Shown here: positions 47,531-58,456 of the stretch, in pieces
Layout of the letters: every line of letters starts with the position of its first letter
Position numbering within the stretch: position 1 is the stretch's first letter
DNA from: Candidatus Hadarchaeum sp.
Lineage (GTDB): Archaea > Hadarchaeota > Hadarchaeia > Hadarchaeales > Hadarchaeaceae
Assembly: GCF_038871235.1 (NCBI RefSeq)
Contig: NZ_JAVZIN010000003.1
Span: 54,744-118,743 of the forward strand
Length of the DNA stretch: 64,000 nucleotides
Reading direction: 5' to 3'
Position numbers and translations under genes: made by a program
The notes under the pieces: generated by a model
What the model was told of the DNA's origin: nothing
The model's database searches: none
The model's input: only the letters and a program-made list of their open reading frames with translations

Positions 47531-49495
47531 TCATTCACCTACCTTTATAGCGTTAACGGGGCAAACTTGAGCACAGATTCCGCACCCCACACAGATGATG
47601 GGATCAATGCCCGCTTTATTTTCGTCAACGTTAAACGTTATCGCTGGGCAGCCAATGGAAACACAGAGTCGACAACCGGTGCAAGTATCCTTGTCTAAGG
47701 TCATCTTCTTACCTGAGTACTGTTTTAGTCTAATGGCCTGTAAAGTGCATATCCTTCTAGTGACCACGATGGCGAACTTGTCGCTTTTCAAACCTTCTTC
47801 GATTGCAGATTGCGTGGCCTTAAGGTCGAACGGATCCACGACCCTAATAAACTCAACTCCCAACGCCTTTGCAACGTCCTCAACGCGGAGTGACTTTGTT
47901 TCACTTCCGGTTGCAGTTATCCCCGTTACCGGGTTCGGCTGGTGTCCGGTCATTGCCGTCCATGAGTTATCCATGACAATGAACAATCCCTTGGATTTGT
48001 TATAAACAGCGTTGACAACAGCGGGCAGACAAGCGTGGAAGAATGTTGAGTCACCTGCCACGGCGACAACCGAGCCGTCACGATAACCTGCATGATATTC
48101 GCCTTGCATCAGGCCGACTCCACCACCCATGATATAGTTAGTGTCCAGCGTTTCGTATGGCGCTTCTATTTTGTAACGGACCGATTCTGTGGAAAAACTT
48201 GGTTTGTACTCCTTACCGGCAATTCCGTAGCCGCCTTGTTCGTAACAACCGATGTCACCATTAACTATTGGCACCGTTCCACCGGATGTCAAGAGTGCTC
48301 TCTTCAGGGCCCAGTAGGTTCCTAGATGAGGACAGCCTGCGCAAAGTGTCGACGACCGCGGCACAACGAGCTTTCTGACTTCTTCTCTTGTTTTTTCAAT
48401 TTGGGGATCAACAGGAATTTCTCTCCCCAAAATTTTGGAGACAGCGCTTGCCACCACGTCGATGTTGATTTCTCCAACTTGTGGCATTTCTCCGGTGAGT
48501 TTACCCAATATCTTAACTTTGGGGTTAGTGTCTTTGGCCAGCGTTTTTACCAGCAGCTCAACCAACGGTTCACCCTCTTCAACCACCAAGACCGTGTCAA
48601 CGGCTTTCAATAATCTTGCCACAAGTTTTTCCGGTAGTGGTGTAGGTGTGCCTATCTTCAGAAAGGCTACCTTTCCCTCCAACCCAAGCAATTTTATCGC
48701 GTCGCTGGCATAGCTGGCACCTATTCCTGACGCAATTACTCCAAAATTTTGTCCATCTTTTAATTCCAGTCTGTTCCATGGGAGCTGTTCTACTATTTCT
48801 TTAATCTTGGGCATCCGGCTGTGTAGCCATTCGTGCTTCTTAACGGCGCTTGGTGGGCCATAAACGTTCCATCGCCATGCCATCTTCCAATGCTTGTCGA
48901 ATACTGGTTTGCGGTCCCGCTTCTCAATTTTTCCCAGCTCAACATCTCCGGAGGCATGGGAGATCCTAGTAACCGAACGGAGAAAAACTGGCAGTTCTAG
49001 TTGCTCCGATAGCTCAAAGGCATAACGTGCCATATCCTTGGCTTCCTGAGCGTCTGCTGGCTCGAGACAGGGAATTTCACCATAGAAGGCGGCGAATCGA
49101 GTGTCTTGTTCGTTAGAGGAATAATGGGCATCAGGATCGTCTGCAACAACGATGAGAAAACCGCCTCTGACCCCACCGTAGACAAGAGTCATGAACATGT
49201 CCATAACCCAGTTGAGCCCAGCGTTTTTCATAGAAGTCATGGAGCGAACTCCAGTGATGGCTGCCCCAGCCGCTACTTCAAATGCCACTTTCTCGTTGGT
49301 GGACCATTCAACGTGGAAACCTAATTTAGGTGCAGCCTCAGCCAACGTTTCTAGGATCTCCGATGAAGGCGTCCCAGGATATGAGGCCGCGAGACCTACC
49401 CCAGCCTCAATTGCTCCCCGAGCTATGGCCTCATTGCCCATGAGGAGCACCCGTTTTCCTGGTGAGTCCTCAATTATTATTTCAGATTTTCCCAT
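47531..49495 (-). CDS. iorA: Indolepyruvate:ferredoxin oxidoreductase alpha subunit
   Basis: LMGNEAIARGA, YPGTPSSEI, NEKVAFE, LCAGCPH, GDIGCY, GDSTFFH, AMTGHQP and a C-terminal ferredoxin domain. Confidence 0.94.
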   Translation of the reverse strand: MGKSEIIIEDSPGKRVLLMGNEAIARGAIEAGVGLAASYPGTPSSEILETLAEAAPKLGFHVEWSTNEKVAFEVAAGAAITGVRSMTSMKNAGLNWVMDMFMTLVYGGVRGGFLIVVADDPDAHYSSNEQDTRFAAFYGEIPCLEPADAQEAKDMARYAFELSEQLELPVFLRSVTRISHASGDVELGKIEKRDRKPVFDKHWKMAWRWNVYGPPSAVKKHEWLHSRMPKIKEIVEQLPWNRLELKDGQNFGVIASGIGASYASDAIKLLGLEGKVAFLKIGTPTPLPEKLVARLLKAVDTVLVVEEGEPLVELLVKTLAKDTNPKVKILGKLTGEMPQVGEINIDVVASAVSKILGREIPVDPQIEKTREEVRKLVVPRSSTLCAGCPHLGTYWALKRALLTSGGTVPIVNGDIGCYEQGGYGIAGKEYKPSFSTESVRYKIEAPYETLDTNYIMGGGVGLMQGEYHAGYRDGSVVAVAGDSTFFHACLPAVVNAVYNKSKGLFIVMDNSWTAMTGHQPNPVTGITATGSETKSLRVEDVAKALGVEFIRVVDPFDLKATQSAIEEGLKSDKFAIVVTRRICTLQAIRLKQYSGKKMTLDKDTCTGCRLCVSIGCPAITFNVDENKAGIDPIICVGCGICAQVCPVNAIKVGE

Positions 49496-49769
49496 TTCAA
49501 CGACCTTTTTTTCTTATTCACTTTTAACTTAAAAAACTGATTACTAACGTTATTTTTCAAAATTTTAAGTTTATCTTGATGTGCCTGTTTTAGATATACC
49601 AAGAAATAAATTACGTTTTGATCGCGTTCGGCCGAGCGTCCAACTTTTTGCGTTTTTTGAGGCATTTTTGACAATCATCGATCTCGAATAAAAATTAGCT
49701 CAAAATGAAGGTGGCATGACAGATAGTTTTTAAAGGGCTGAAAATACTTAAGTGGTGAGGTGAATTGAA

Positions 49770-51149
49770 TTGGAATTTTGGGAGGTAGCGAGGAGGGCTG
49801 AAGTCGGCCCCATGATGAAAGAAAGCGATTTTGACATGAAAATCTCGATGACCGCAATGGAGCTGGCTAAGGAGCACGATATCGTTTACGATCCGAGTGT
49901 CTACGTTTCAAGCGACGACAGCATGGCAGATGACGTTTGGCAGGCAGGTCTAGAACTGTTGCTCAGGTGTGGAGTCTATAACGTTAGCAACAAACGGGTG
50001 ATAACTTTTGCGGAGGATGAGGTCAAAAATGCTTTGAGGCATGTTGTTGCGGAATTTGAGATTGGAAAAGGCAAGGACAGGATTAAGATTCGGTCAAGAA
50101 AAGTTGAGGACAGAACCAAGCCCACCATATTTTCAGGAGCGTTCGGAGTTGAGACGACATTGGACATGTTTGTGCCGTTTAATCAGGCCTTTGTTCAGGA
50201 GCCCTTGATAGATGTGCTCTTTCATGGAGGACACATTCAGAGCATAGATGGGATTACCACCATAAGAGCCAACTCGGCATTTGAAGTGATCGCCGCGAGA
50301 ATTTATGCGGAGCTTATGAATCAGGCCTTGATTCTCGGCGGAAGGCCATTCATGCCCATCGTGTGGGGAGTTGCCGCAGGAGTTTCCAGCCTTAACGAGT
50401 TAGGAGCTGACAGCATCATGCCGCGGAATCCAGAAGACATTCTAAGGGCCGTGATGTTTTTACCTGAACTAAAATTGGACGATGTTCTGCTCTCCAAAAC
50501 AGCGCATTTTATGAATTATGGATACCCTCTCTATGCAGGAACGACACCAGTGATTGGTGGATATGCAGGAGATGCTAACACAGCGGCCATTGTAGCGGTC
50601 GCAGAACAGATTGCTACTAACTTAGTATTTGGCGCGTTGGTTAACCACATAGGGCCTCAGCATATGAGATATCGTTCACAGACGAACCCCGCGTCGCTAT
50701 GGATGAACAGCGTTATGGGCCAAGCCGTGGCGAGAAATTCCAACCTAATAACCACAACCAGCGTCACCACGGCTGGAAGACCCGGAAGCATGCAGATGCA
50801 TCTTGAAGGAGCCGCCATGGCGATATCTTCAGTAGTTTCCGGTAGAAATCTGCTGGGCCCGCGACCAGCGCAGCCCTTGTATCCGAATCACCACAACCCC
50901 CTACACTCACGTCTTTTTGCTGAAGTAGCGCATGCGGCTACAAAGCTTAAGCGCGAGGAGGCAAACGAGATTGTTGCGAAACTGGTTTTGACTTATAAAG
51001 ATACACTTGATTTTGACAAGTCGCCTAAGGGTAAGCCCTTCGAGCAGAGCTACGATGTAAAGACTTTAAAGCCCACTGAGGAGAACCTAAACCTATATAG
51101 AGAGGCAAAGGCTAAACTTATCGACTTAGGCTTGGAGTTGGAAATATGA
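49770..51149 (+). CDS. Second MtmB-family methyltransferase without pyrrolysine
   Basis: MADDVWQAGLEL, GRP, PELKLD, PVIGGYAG and KGKPFEQSYDVKTLKP. No in-frame TAG. TTG start after GAGGTGA. Confidence 0.88.
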   Translation: MEFWEVARRAEVGPMMKESDFDMKISMTAMELAKEHDIVYDPSVYVSSDDSMADDVWQAGLELLLRCGVYNVSNKRVITFAEDEVKNALRHVVAEFEIGKGKDRIKIRSRKVEDRTKPTIFSGAFGVETTLDMFVPFNQAFVQEPLIDVLFHGGHIQSIDGITTIRANSAFEVIAARIYAELMNQALILGGRPFMPIVWGVAAGVSSLNELGADSIMPRNPEDILRAVMFLPELKLDDVLLSKTAHFMNYGYPLYAGTTPVIGGYAGDANTAAIVAVAEQIATNLVFGALVNHIGPQHMRYRSQTNPASLWMNSVMGQAVARNSNLITTTSVTTAGRPGSMQMHLEGAAMAISSVVSGRNLLGPRPAQPLYPNHHNPLHSRLFAEVAHAATKLKREEANEIVAKLVLTYKDTLDFDKSPKGKPFEQSYDVKTLKPTEENLNLYREAKAKLIDLGLELEI

Positions 51150-51808
51150 GCATGTCAAAGGAAGAGATTCTTAAAGAATTGCGTGAGGGAGTGTTAAACT
51201 ACGATGAGGAACGGGTTAAACGGGCCGCCAAAAAGGCATTGGAAGACGGAATAGATCCCTATGTGGCAATTACTGAGGGGCTCACACCGGCGATAAGAGA
51301 GATAGGTGAAAAATTCGAGCGAATGGAGATCTTCCTACCTCAGTTAACAATAGCCGCAAAGGCTATGGAGGCGGGAGTGGCAGTTTTGGAGCCCTCGTTG
51401 GATAAAGCGCAAGGTCAAAAGGTGAAGCAAGGAAAAGTTGTCATAGGCACGGTGCAAGGAGATATTCACAGCATTGGGAAAAACATAGTTGCCACGATGC
51501 TCAAAGCCGCAGGCTTCGAGGTTATTGATCTAGGCGTCGATGTTGCAGTAGATAAGTTTATCGAAGCGGCCGAGCGGTCGAATGCAGACATCATAGCGGC
51601 TTCGGCTTTAATGTCGTTCACCAAGGTAATGCAGCGCGATCTGGTTGAGTATATGAAGTCAGTGGGTACAAGGGACAAGTATAAACTTATGGTTGGCGGT
51701 GGTCCGGTGAACGAGGAGTGGGCACGCGAAATAGGAGCCGATGGTTACGCTGAGGATGCGATCAAGGCAGTTAAGGTGGCTAAGGAACTCGTTGAGAAAA
51801 AGCTTTGA
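51146..51808 (+). CDS. Cognate corrinoid protein
   Basis: EIFLPQL, GDIHSIGKNIV, SALMS and GGGP. ATGA overlap. Confidence 0.93.
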   Translation: MSMSKEEILKELREGVLNYDEERVKRAAKKALEDGIDPYVAITEGLTPAIREIGEKFERMEIFLPQLTIAAKAMEAGVAVLEPSLDKAQGQKVKQGKVVIGTVQGDIHSIGKNIVATMLKAAGFEVIDLGVDVAVDKFIEAAERSNADIIAASALMSFTKVMQRDLVEYMKSVGTRDKYKLMVGGGPVNEEWAREIGADGYAEDAIKAVKVAKELVEKKL

Positions 51809-51989
51809 AGAAAGAAGCGGAGCCAGTCTATAAAAAATAATTTTTCAACATAGCTGTTTGTTTTTCCATAGTTAACCGACCATGTATCTGGCCTTGAGTG
51901 GGGAAAATCATCCTTTTGAATTTTGAAACTAAATTTAACGAAAAATTAAAAAGCACAGGGAAGCTTAAATACTGCGTGATGGAGGCAAT

Positions 51990-53003
51990 TTGATGGTGCA
52001 AACAGGTCTTTATGGGAAACATTGGGTGGCTCCTGAGCTTGAGTGGACGCTTGAGGAGCTTGAAACGGTTCTTGACGTGGCGTTTGATCTTAAGAAAAAA
52101 TATGCTCAAGGAATACCCCATCGTTACCTCGAAGGAAAATCTTTGTTCATGATTTTCTACAACCCATCTACCAGGACTAGAAACTCCTTTGAATGTGGCA
52201 TGACCCAATTGGGTGGCCATGCTAACTTTCTAGATCTCACCACCACTTGGATAGAATCTGAGGATATCAAGGACACAGCAGCGGTTTTATCTCGTTATGG
52301 ACATGGTATCGCTGTCAGATGTTGTCCAGCAGGAAAAGAATACGGTACAGGGCACAACGTTATCCGTGCTTATCAAAAAGCTTCTACGGTCCCGGTCATA
52401 AATATGGAGGATGATAAGTTTCATCCTTGCCAAGGCATGGCCGATATAATGACCATCAAGGAGAAGATGAGAAAGTTTGAGGGAAAGAAGTTCGCCATGT
52501 GCTGGGCGCCAGGGCACGTAAGAGCGCCACTGGCTGTGGCCCAGACCAGCATATTGTTGATGACCCGTTTTGGCATGGATGTGACTTTGGCTCATCCTCC
52601 GGAGTATGATCTGGACCCAGAGATCATCAAAAAAGCGAAGGAGTATTCCGAAGAGGCGGGAACAGAGTTCACGATCACGAACAACGTAGAGGAGGCTTAC
52701 CAAGGAGCCGACGTAGTTTATCCGAAATCCTGGATAAGTTGGAAACTATACCGGGAGGGCGGTTTCACCGAAAAGTTGTTACCTGCTCACAGAAACAAAT
52801 ACTTGAACTGGACATGTAAACCTGAATTGATTGATCTTTGTAATAAAAAATCCATCTACATGCACTGCCTGCCTGCCGTTAGAGGTGAAGAGGTAGTAAA
52901 CGAAGTTATTGATGGCCCCCATTCTGTGGTTATTGACCAAGCTGAAAATAGATTACACGCACAAAAGGCCATAATGGCACTGACGATGGGTGGCTCGAGG
53001 TAA
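51990..53003 (+). CDS. Carbamoyltransferase, YgeW/N-acylornithine-type branch
   Basis: STRTR, HPCQ, MHCLP and QAENR. WAPGHVRAPLAV and VYPKSW resemble YgeW/AOTCase rather than canonical OTC or ATC. Confidence 0.8.
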   Translation: MMVQTGLYGKHWVAPELEWTLEELETVLDVAFDLKKKYAQGIPHRYLEGKSLFMIFYNPSTRTRNSFECGMTQLGGHANFLDLTTTWIESEDIKDTAAVLSRYGHGIAVRCCPAGKEYGTGHNVIRAYQKASTVPVINMEDDKFHPCQGMADIMTIKEKMRKFEGKKFAMCWAPGHVRAPLAVAQTSILLMTRFGMDVTLAHPPEYDLDPEIIKKAKEYSEEAGTEFTITNNVEEAYQGADVVYPKSWISWKLYREGGFTEKLLPAHRNKYLNWTCKPELIDLCNKKSIYMHCLPAVRGEEVVNEVIDGPHSVVIDQAENRLHAQKAIMALTMGGSR

Positions 53004-53025
53004 TCGTGTAAGAAAGGTATGCTGA

Positions 53026-54408
53026 ATGTTGGTGGACACGGCGATAAAAAATTGTAGGATAGTTGGGGTTGACGGTACAGTTGCTGGCGGAATTGCTATT
53101 GACAACGGAAAAATTATAGCTATAGCAAAAGATCCGAATCTTCCGAGCGCAGATAGATATATAGATGCAAAGGGAAGGTTTGTAATCCCTGGTGTCATAG
53201 ATCCCCATGTTCACTATTCTCTTTACCGTCCGTTCGAGGAGGATTGCAAAAGTGAAACCAAGGCCGCAGTGGCTGGCGGAATTACTACTGAGGCGCTGAT
53301 GACTTGGGGAGGAATGGATAAGCTACTGGCACCATACAAGGAAAAATTTGACGAAGCTAAAAACACCGTTGAAAGACATGCACTGGCTAACGTGGTTTTC
53401 ATTGCTTGTCTCTTCACAGACCAACATATACAAGAGATACCGGAATATGCTCGAGATTTGGGCATTACTCAGTTCAAACATTGTATGTTTCTAAAGGGCC
53501 GCGATGCCGAGGCCCTAGGTCTGCCTTCATTTGATGATGCCAAACTATACTCTGGACTTGAGATAGCGTCAACTTTGGGCCCTCCTGCAATATCGATGAT
53601 TCACGCCGAAAATGTGGAGATATACTATGGGCTGAAAGAAAAGCTGCTGAAGGCGGGAAGGAAGGATCTTAGGGCATGGACTGAAGCCAAGTCGAGTCTC
53701 TGCGAGGCCGAGGCGGTAAGTCGGGTGATTGCCGTTTCCGATTACTTAGGGGCCCCGATTTATCTGGTCCACATAAGTTCTAGGGAATCCCTCGACATCG
53801 CCGTTCAAGCCCAAGCAAGGGGCAGCAAGCTTACTGTGGAAACGTGTCCCCATTATTTGTCTCTTTCTTACAAAGATTTCCCCGACGATTGTGTATTGGC
53901 GAAGTGCAATCCACCGTTGAGAGACGAAAGAGATATAGAAAGACTTTGGTGGGGAATTCAAAGGGGGCACGTGCATTGTATAGGAACTGATCACTGTGCT
54001 TCTACTGGTAAAGGCGCCCTCGATATTTGGTCGGCGCCCGCAGGTTTGCCGGGTTTAGAGACGCTTCTCCCAGTGATGTTAAGCGAAGGGGTGAATAAGG
54101 GCAGGATTTCGATGGAAAAATTGGTTGAAGTCTGTTGTTACAATCCAGCGAAAGTGCTGGGAATCCTCCCCCAAAAGGGCACCATTGTGGTTGGTTCAGA
54201 CGCTGATCTGGTGATAGTGGATTCGGATGAGAGTAAAATAGTGAAAGCGGAGAACCTGTGCACCGCTTCGGACTTTACACCCTACGAGGGAAGAGAGCTT
54301 AAAGGCTGGCCGGTTCTCACCATGGTGGGGGGCAATGTCGTCATGGAAGACGGCGAGATTATTGGAAAACCCGGTATTGGAAAATACATACCGCGGAAGC
54401 TTTTCTAA
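53026..54408 (+). CDS. Cyclic amidohydrolase (dihydropyrimidinase/hydantoinase/allantoinase family)
   Basis: PGVIDPHVH, GGITT, FK, IHAEN, LVHIS, ETCPHYL, NPPLR and GTDH. Confidence 0.9.
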   Translation: MLVDTAIKNCRIVGVDGTVAGGIAIDNGKIIAIAKDPNLPSADRYIDAKGRFVIPGVIDPHVHYSLYRPFEEDCKSETKAAVAGGITTEALMTWGGMDKLLAPYKEKFDEAKNTVERHALANVVFIACLFTDQHIQEIPEYARDLGITQFKHCMFLKGRDAEALGLPSFDDAKLYSGLEIASTLGPPAISMIHAENVEIYYGLKEKLLKAGRKDLRAWTEAKSSLCEAEAVSRVIAVSDYLGAPIYLVHISSRESLDIAVQAQARGSKLTVETCPHYLSLSYKDFPDDCVLAKCNPPLRDERDIERLWWGIQRGHVHCIGTDHCASTGKGALDIWSAPAGLPGLETLLPVMLSEGVNKGRISMEKLVEVCCYNPAKVLGILPQKGTIVVGSDADLVIVDSDESKIVKAENLCTASDFTPYEGRELKGWPVLTMVGGNVVMEDGEIIGKPGIGKYIPRKLF

Positions 54409-54501
54409 ACGAATGGCGAGTTTGACCGCAGATCTAGCTAAAATTGTTAAATTGTAGCATCATATTTTTAAGTGAGAAATTTTAAGGACAATGGGAACAA
54501 A

Positions 54502-56316
54502 ATGAGCAAAAATTATTTGGAGAAAAAAATTTTGAGGATAGATCTTTCGAATAGGAGGATAAAAGAACAGACGGTTCCGCAGGACTGGTTTAAAAAATAC
54601 ATCGGTGGCATGGGATTCGGTATAAAGATTCTATTCGATGAGGTGAATCCAAAGGTCGATGCTCTTTCCTCTGAAAATAAACTGATTTTCTCGATTGGCC
54701 CGTTGACGGGAACAATGGCCCCGATGTTCGCCCAGACCTGTGTGGTGACAAAATCACCGCTCACCAACGGCGCCCTGAACACCTATGCTGGAGGATTTCT
54801 GGGAGCTGAAATCAGCCGCACCAACTATAGCACCATCGTAATCGAGGGCCGCGCGGAGAAGCCTTGCTACATCCGAGTTGATGAGGATGGGGCAGAAATC
54901 ATCGATGCCGGGAGCCTGTGGGGAATGAACACTATTCAAACACAGGAGGCTATAAAAAAGGACCTAGGGAACAAGGCCCAAGTAGCATGTATTGGCCCGG
55001 CTGGCGAGAATCTAGTTAGGTTTTCCTCGATCATAGCCGGCAGGCGGGCTTTCGGAAGAGGTGGGGCCGGTTCTGTGATGGGATCTAAAAAACTCAAAGC
55101 GATTGCCGTTAGCGGCGGTGAGAAATCCCCAGAAAATGAAAAACTGAACGAAGCCATCAAAGAAGCAAGGGAGATCTTGAAGAAGGCACTTTCTCAGGAA
55201 TGGAACTTGATAACACTGTTCTCTAAATATGGGACAAACGCTGCCATGCCGGCATTAAATGAAAAGGGGATGCTTTCGACAAGGAACCATCAGGAAGGGG
55301 TCTTTGAGGGAGTGAATAAAATAAGCGCGGAATATTTCGGTAAAAATCTCTTCGTGAAAAATGTAGCTTGCTTTGCTTGCCCGGTTGCCTGTGGAAGGTT
55401 CTCTGTGGTGAAAAGCGGACCGTATGCAGGAACGGAGACAGAGGGACCGGAATACGAAACGATATATGCTCTCGGCTCAAACTGCGGAATTGACAGTGCA
55501 GAGGCAATAGCGAGGGCAGATCAGTTATGTGATGAGTATGGCATGGACACGCTTTCCACTGGAGTCACCGTCTCTTTCGCGATGGAATGTTTTGAGCGCG
55601 GAATAATAAATAAAAAGGACACTGCCGGGCTGGAACTCAGGTTCGGAAACCACGAAGCCATGGTGAAGCTAGTGGAAATGATTGCCAAGCGTGAAGGTAT
55701 AGGAGACCTTCTGGCTGAAGGTACTAAGAGGGCTTCGGAAAGGTTAAATAAGGGATCAGAAGTTTTTGCGATGCAAGTTAAGGGAATGGAATTCGCAGCT
55801 TGGATGCCTGAAGCGATGAAGGGAATAGCCTGCACATTCGCGACATCTAATCGTGGGGCATGCCATAAGCGAGCAATCATCGGGGATGAGTTTTCAGGCA
55901 GGGCTGATCCTCTTGCCTACGAGGGAAAGGGCAAATTGACCAAGGAGATCCAAGACAAGGTAAATGCGATTTTCACCCTGATAGGCTGTAGATTTTCTGA
56001 GTTTACTTATCCCCTCGAGATGTATCCCAAATTGTTAAACGCTGCGACCGGGATGAACTTCTCCGACAGGGAGTTTGTTTTGGTGGGTGAAAGGATCTGG
56101 AACATGGAGAGAATTTTCAGCGGGTTTACCAGAAAGGATGATGTACTGCCTGAAAGATGCTACACACATCCCATTCCATCAGGACCGCTCGCTGGAACAC
56201 TAGTTGACAGAGAAAAGTTTGAAAGAATGCTCGATGAATATTATGAGGCAAGAGGGTGGAATAAAGAAGGAAGACCCACTGGGGCTAAGTTGAGAGAGTT
56301 GTCGATTTTAATCTAG
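54502..56316 (+). CDS. aor: Second tungsten aldehyde:ferredoxin oxidoreductase family protein
   Basis: KSPLT, GRGGAGSVMGSKKLKA, CFACPVAC, GPEYET, CDEYGMDT and RGACH. Confidence 0.93.
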   Translation: MSKNYLEKKILRIDLSNRRIKEQTVPQDWFKKYIGGMGFGIKILFDEVNPKVDALSSENKLIFSIGPLTGTMAPMFAQTCVVTKSPLTNGALNTYAGGFLGAEISRTNYSTIVIEGRAEKPCYIRVDEDGAEIIDAGSLWGMNTIQTQEAIKKDLGNKAQVACIGPAGENLVRFSSIIAGRRAFGRGGAGSVMGSKKLKAIAVSGGEKSPENEKLNEAIKEAREILKKALSQEWNLITLFSKYGTNAAMPALNEKGMLSTRNHQEGVFEGVNKISAEYFGKNLFVKNVACFACPVACGRFSVVKSGPYAGTETEGPEYETIYALGSNCGIDSAEAIARADQLCDEYGMDTLSTGVTVSFAMECFERGIINKKDTAGLELRFGNHEAMVKLVEMIAKREGIGDLLAEGTKRASERLNKGSEVFAMQVKGMEFAAWMPEAMKGIACTFATSNRGACHKRAIIGDEFSGRADPLAYEGKGKLTKEIQDKVNAIFTLIGCRFSEFTYPLEMYPKLLNAATGMNFSDREFVLVGERIWNMERIFSGFTRKDDVLPERCYTHPIPSGPLAGTLVDREKFERMLDEYYEARGWNKEGRPTGAKLRELSILI

Positions 56317-56639
56317 CCGAGCAATGGGGAAAAATTCCCAATTAAAATCTACCACTGTCTCAGTGTAGATCATTTTAAGGCTTTAAGAGTTGGTTTAACC
56401 CCTGTTAAAAAATATAACTTTAGCTATTGAATGTTGTTTTTTCATTAGCAACGTGTTGCAATTATCTTCAGGCAAATTTATACAATGGGCCCATAAGTTG
56501 AGGGTTCTATTTTTAATATGCTGCAAATATATACACCTAAAAACCATTTCTTCTCGTCAAGTTTTGGTGTTGTTTAGTTCAAATCACATCAGAGAATTTT
56601 AAAAAAAATTTATATAGTAGGTATTCTAAACCCTAACAC

Positions 56640-57962
56640 ATGACCGACCTAAGTGTTAGCTTTATGGGAAAGGAGTTGAAGAGCCCGATTCTCCTGGCGC
56701 CGGCGATGTACAACACTTTTGTGGGATGGTTCCCGAAATTTGCCCACAAAATCGCCAAAGCTGGCTGGGGGGGAATTGTGGCGAAAAATATAGTTACGGA
56801 CGACGTTCGAGTGGGATTCTGCAGTGAGCCGGCGTTGTGGACCACTCGGATGGATACTCCGGTGGGCAAGCGAATGAAAGAGGGCATGGCTTTAGTAAAC
56901 GCCGGGCCAGATGTCGAGTATTACTCGGAGAAAAAATTAGATGACCCGGCAGAGGAGATTTGGAGGATTAGTAAAGAAAGAATGAAAAAGGGAATTGAAA
57001 AGGCGCATCAAGAAGGACTAGTCGTAATTGGAAACTTCTCCCCCACTGGACCTGAAAATGCCGTCAGGATTGCTAAAGTATATGAGGAATGTGGATACGA
57101 TGGACTTGAGTTCAATACATCTTGTCCCATGATACATGAGCTAGGAATGGGAGCTTTTGCAGTAGGGGTGTATGCGGAAAAGATACAGGAAATAATAAAA
57201 GCGGTTAAACAGGCCACTAGCCTTCCACTGATGGTTAAGCTGAGCCCCCACACGCTCAGTGTTCCAGACACGGCAAGAGCTGCGGTGAGAGCAGGCGCAG
57301 ATGCTATTTCAGCCATAAACACCGTGCTGTCGATAATTGGCATCGATGTCGAAACGGGATATCCTCTATCGCGTTCTGCGGATGGAGGCTTTTCCTCACC
57401 ATGTGGATATTCAGGTCCACCGATTAAACCTATTGGTCTGAGGGTCGTTTGGGAAATTGCTCGATCAGTAAAAATCCCCGTTAGCGGCATAGGGGGAGCA
57501 CACGACTGGAAAAGTGTTATTGAATACATGATGGTTGGAGCGACAACGGTCCAGCTTTCCACTGCTCCAATGTTCCGTGGGCTCGGCGTTGGCAGGGAGA
57601 TTTTGGATGGGATGACTGAATTCATGAAGAGAAAGGGATACACTAGCGTCTACGATTTCATTGGAATGTCAGTTTCTCGCATTGTCCCAGTTGGTGTAGC
57701 GACATTTACTTCAGCTAAACCTGCAGTAGGGGTCGTCGATACCGAGAAGTGTACAGGGTGCAGGCGCTGTGAGATCGTTTGCGATGACAACTGCTCAAGC
57801 GCTGCAAAGGTCATAGATGGAAAAGCGATAATTGATGACAATTTGTGCTTGGGTTGCGGGTTGTGTTCGGTCGTTTGTCCAGTGGAATGCATTAGTTACA
57901 AGCCGATAACAATGGAGAAAAAGATTGAAATAATGAAGAACTTCCACCGACAAGGAGAATGA
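56640..57962 (+). CDS. Second PreA-like dihydropyrimidine dehydrogenase FMN/Fe-S subunit
   Basis: EFNTSCP, MVKLSP, SAINT, GYSGPPIKP, SGIGG and a C-terminal 2x[4Fe-4S] domain. Confidence 0.85.
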   Translation: MTDLSVSFMGKELKSPILLAPAMYNTFVGWFPKFAHKIAKAGWGGIVAKNIVTDDVRVGFCSEPALWTTRMDTPVGKRMKEGMALVNAGPDVEYYSEKKLDDPAEEIWRISKERMKKGIEKAHQEGLVVIGNFSPTGPENAVRIAKVYEECGYDGLEFNTSCPMIHELGMGAFAVGVYAEKIQEIIKAVKQATSLPLMVKLSPHTLSVPDTARAAVRAGADAISAINTVLSIIGIDVETGYPLSRSADGGFSSPCGYSGPPIKPIGLRVVWEIARSVKIPVSGIGGAHDWKSVIEYMMVGATTVQLSTAPMFRGLGVGREILDGMTEFMKRKGYTSVYDFIGMSVSRIVPVGVATFTSAKPAVGVVDTEKCTGCRRCEIVCDDNCSSAAKVIDGKAIIDDNLCLGCGLCSVVCPVECISYKPITMEKKIEIMKNFHRQGE

Positions 57963-58456
57963 ATCCATAAAGCAGTCAGCTAGGTGATTGCTGCAATAGA
58001 GCAGTGAACTTTTCCATTGCCCAAGAAATCTGAAGATGTTGCACCCACAGCGTAACGGTGGTTATCGCTACCACCATACGGTGCTGTAGAATAGCGCAGC
58101 AGCTCATTTTGAGGCCGCGATGGCCCTAAGTCAAAAAAGAACGGTTCTTCATTTTTGCAGAACTTATATTTTCAGAACAATTTTTAGCGTTTAACAACTC
58201 CAGCGATTTTAATACTTGCTATTATTAACGATTAAAATTGCTTTTGATTGAGGATGAGGGAAGAATAAAATTGAATGTTTATCTTGTTTTGGAAAGTTCT
58301 ATTAAACTTGGATTTCTTAGTTTAGACGGAGAATATACTCATAATTGGAAAAGGTGCAGGATGGGAGAAAGATGATAAAAAGATCAGAAGGGAAATCAGT
58401 GGCGAATAAATTAAATCTGGATCGGCAAAAGAATGAAGGTACTGGATGGTGATAAG

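Noticed and set aside
21005-57643. Long antisense ORFs in the track (e.g. 21005-21673, 24505-25182, 47013-47570, 57008-57643)
   Set aside because: They are shadows of well-supported genes on the opposite strand and carry no recognisable motifs.
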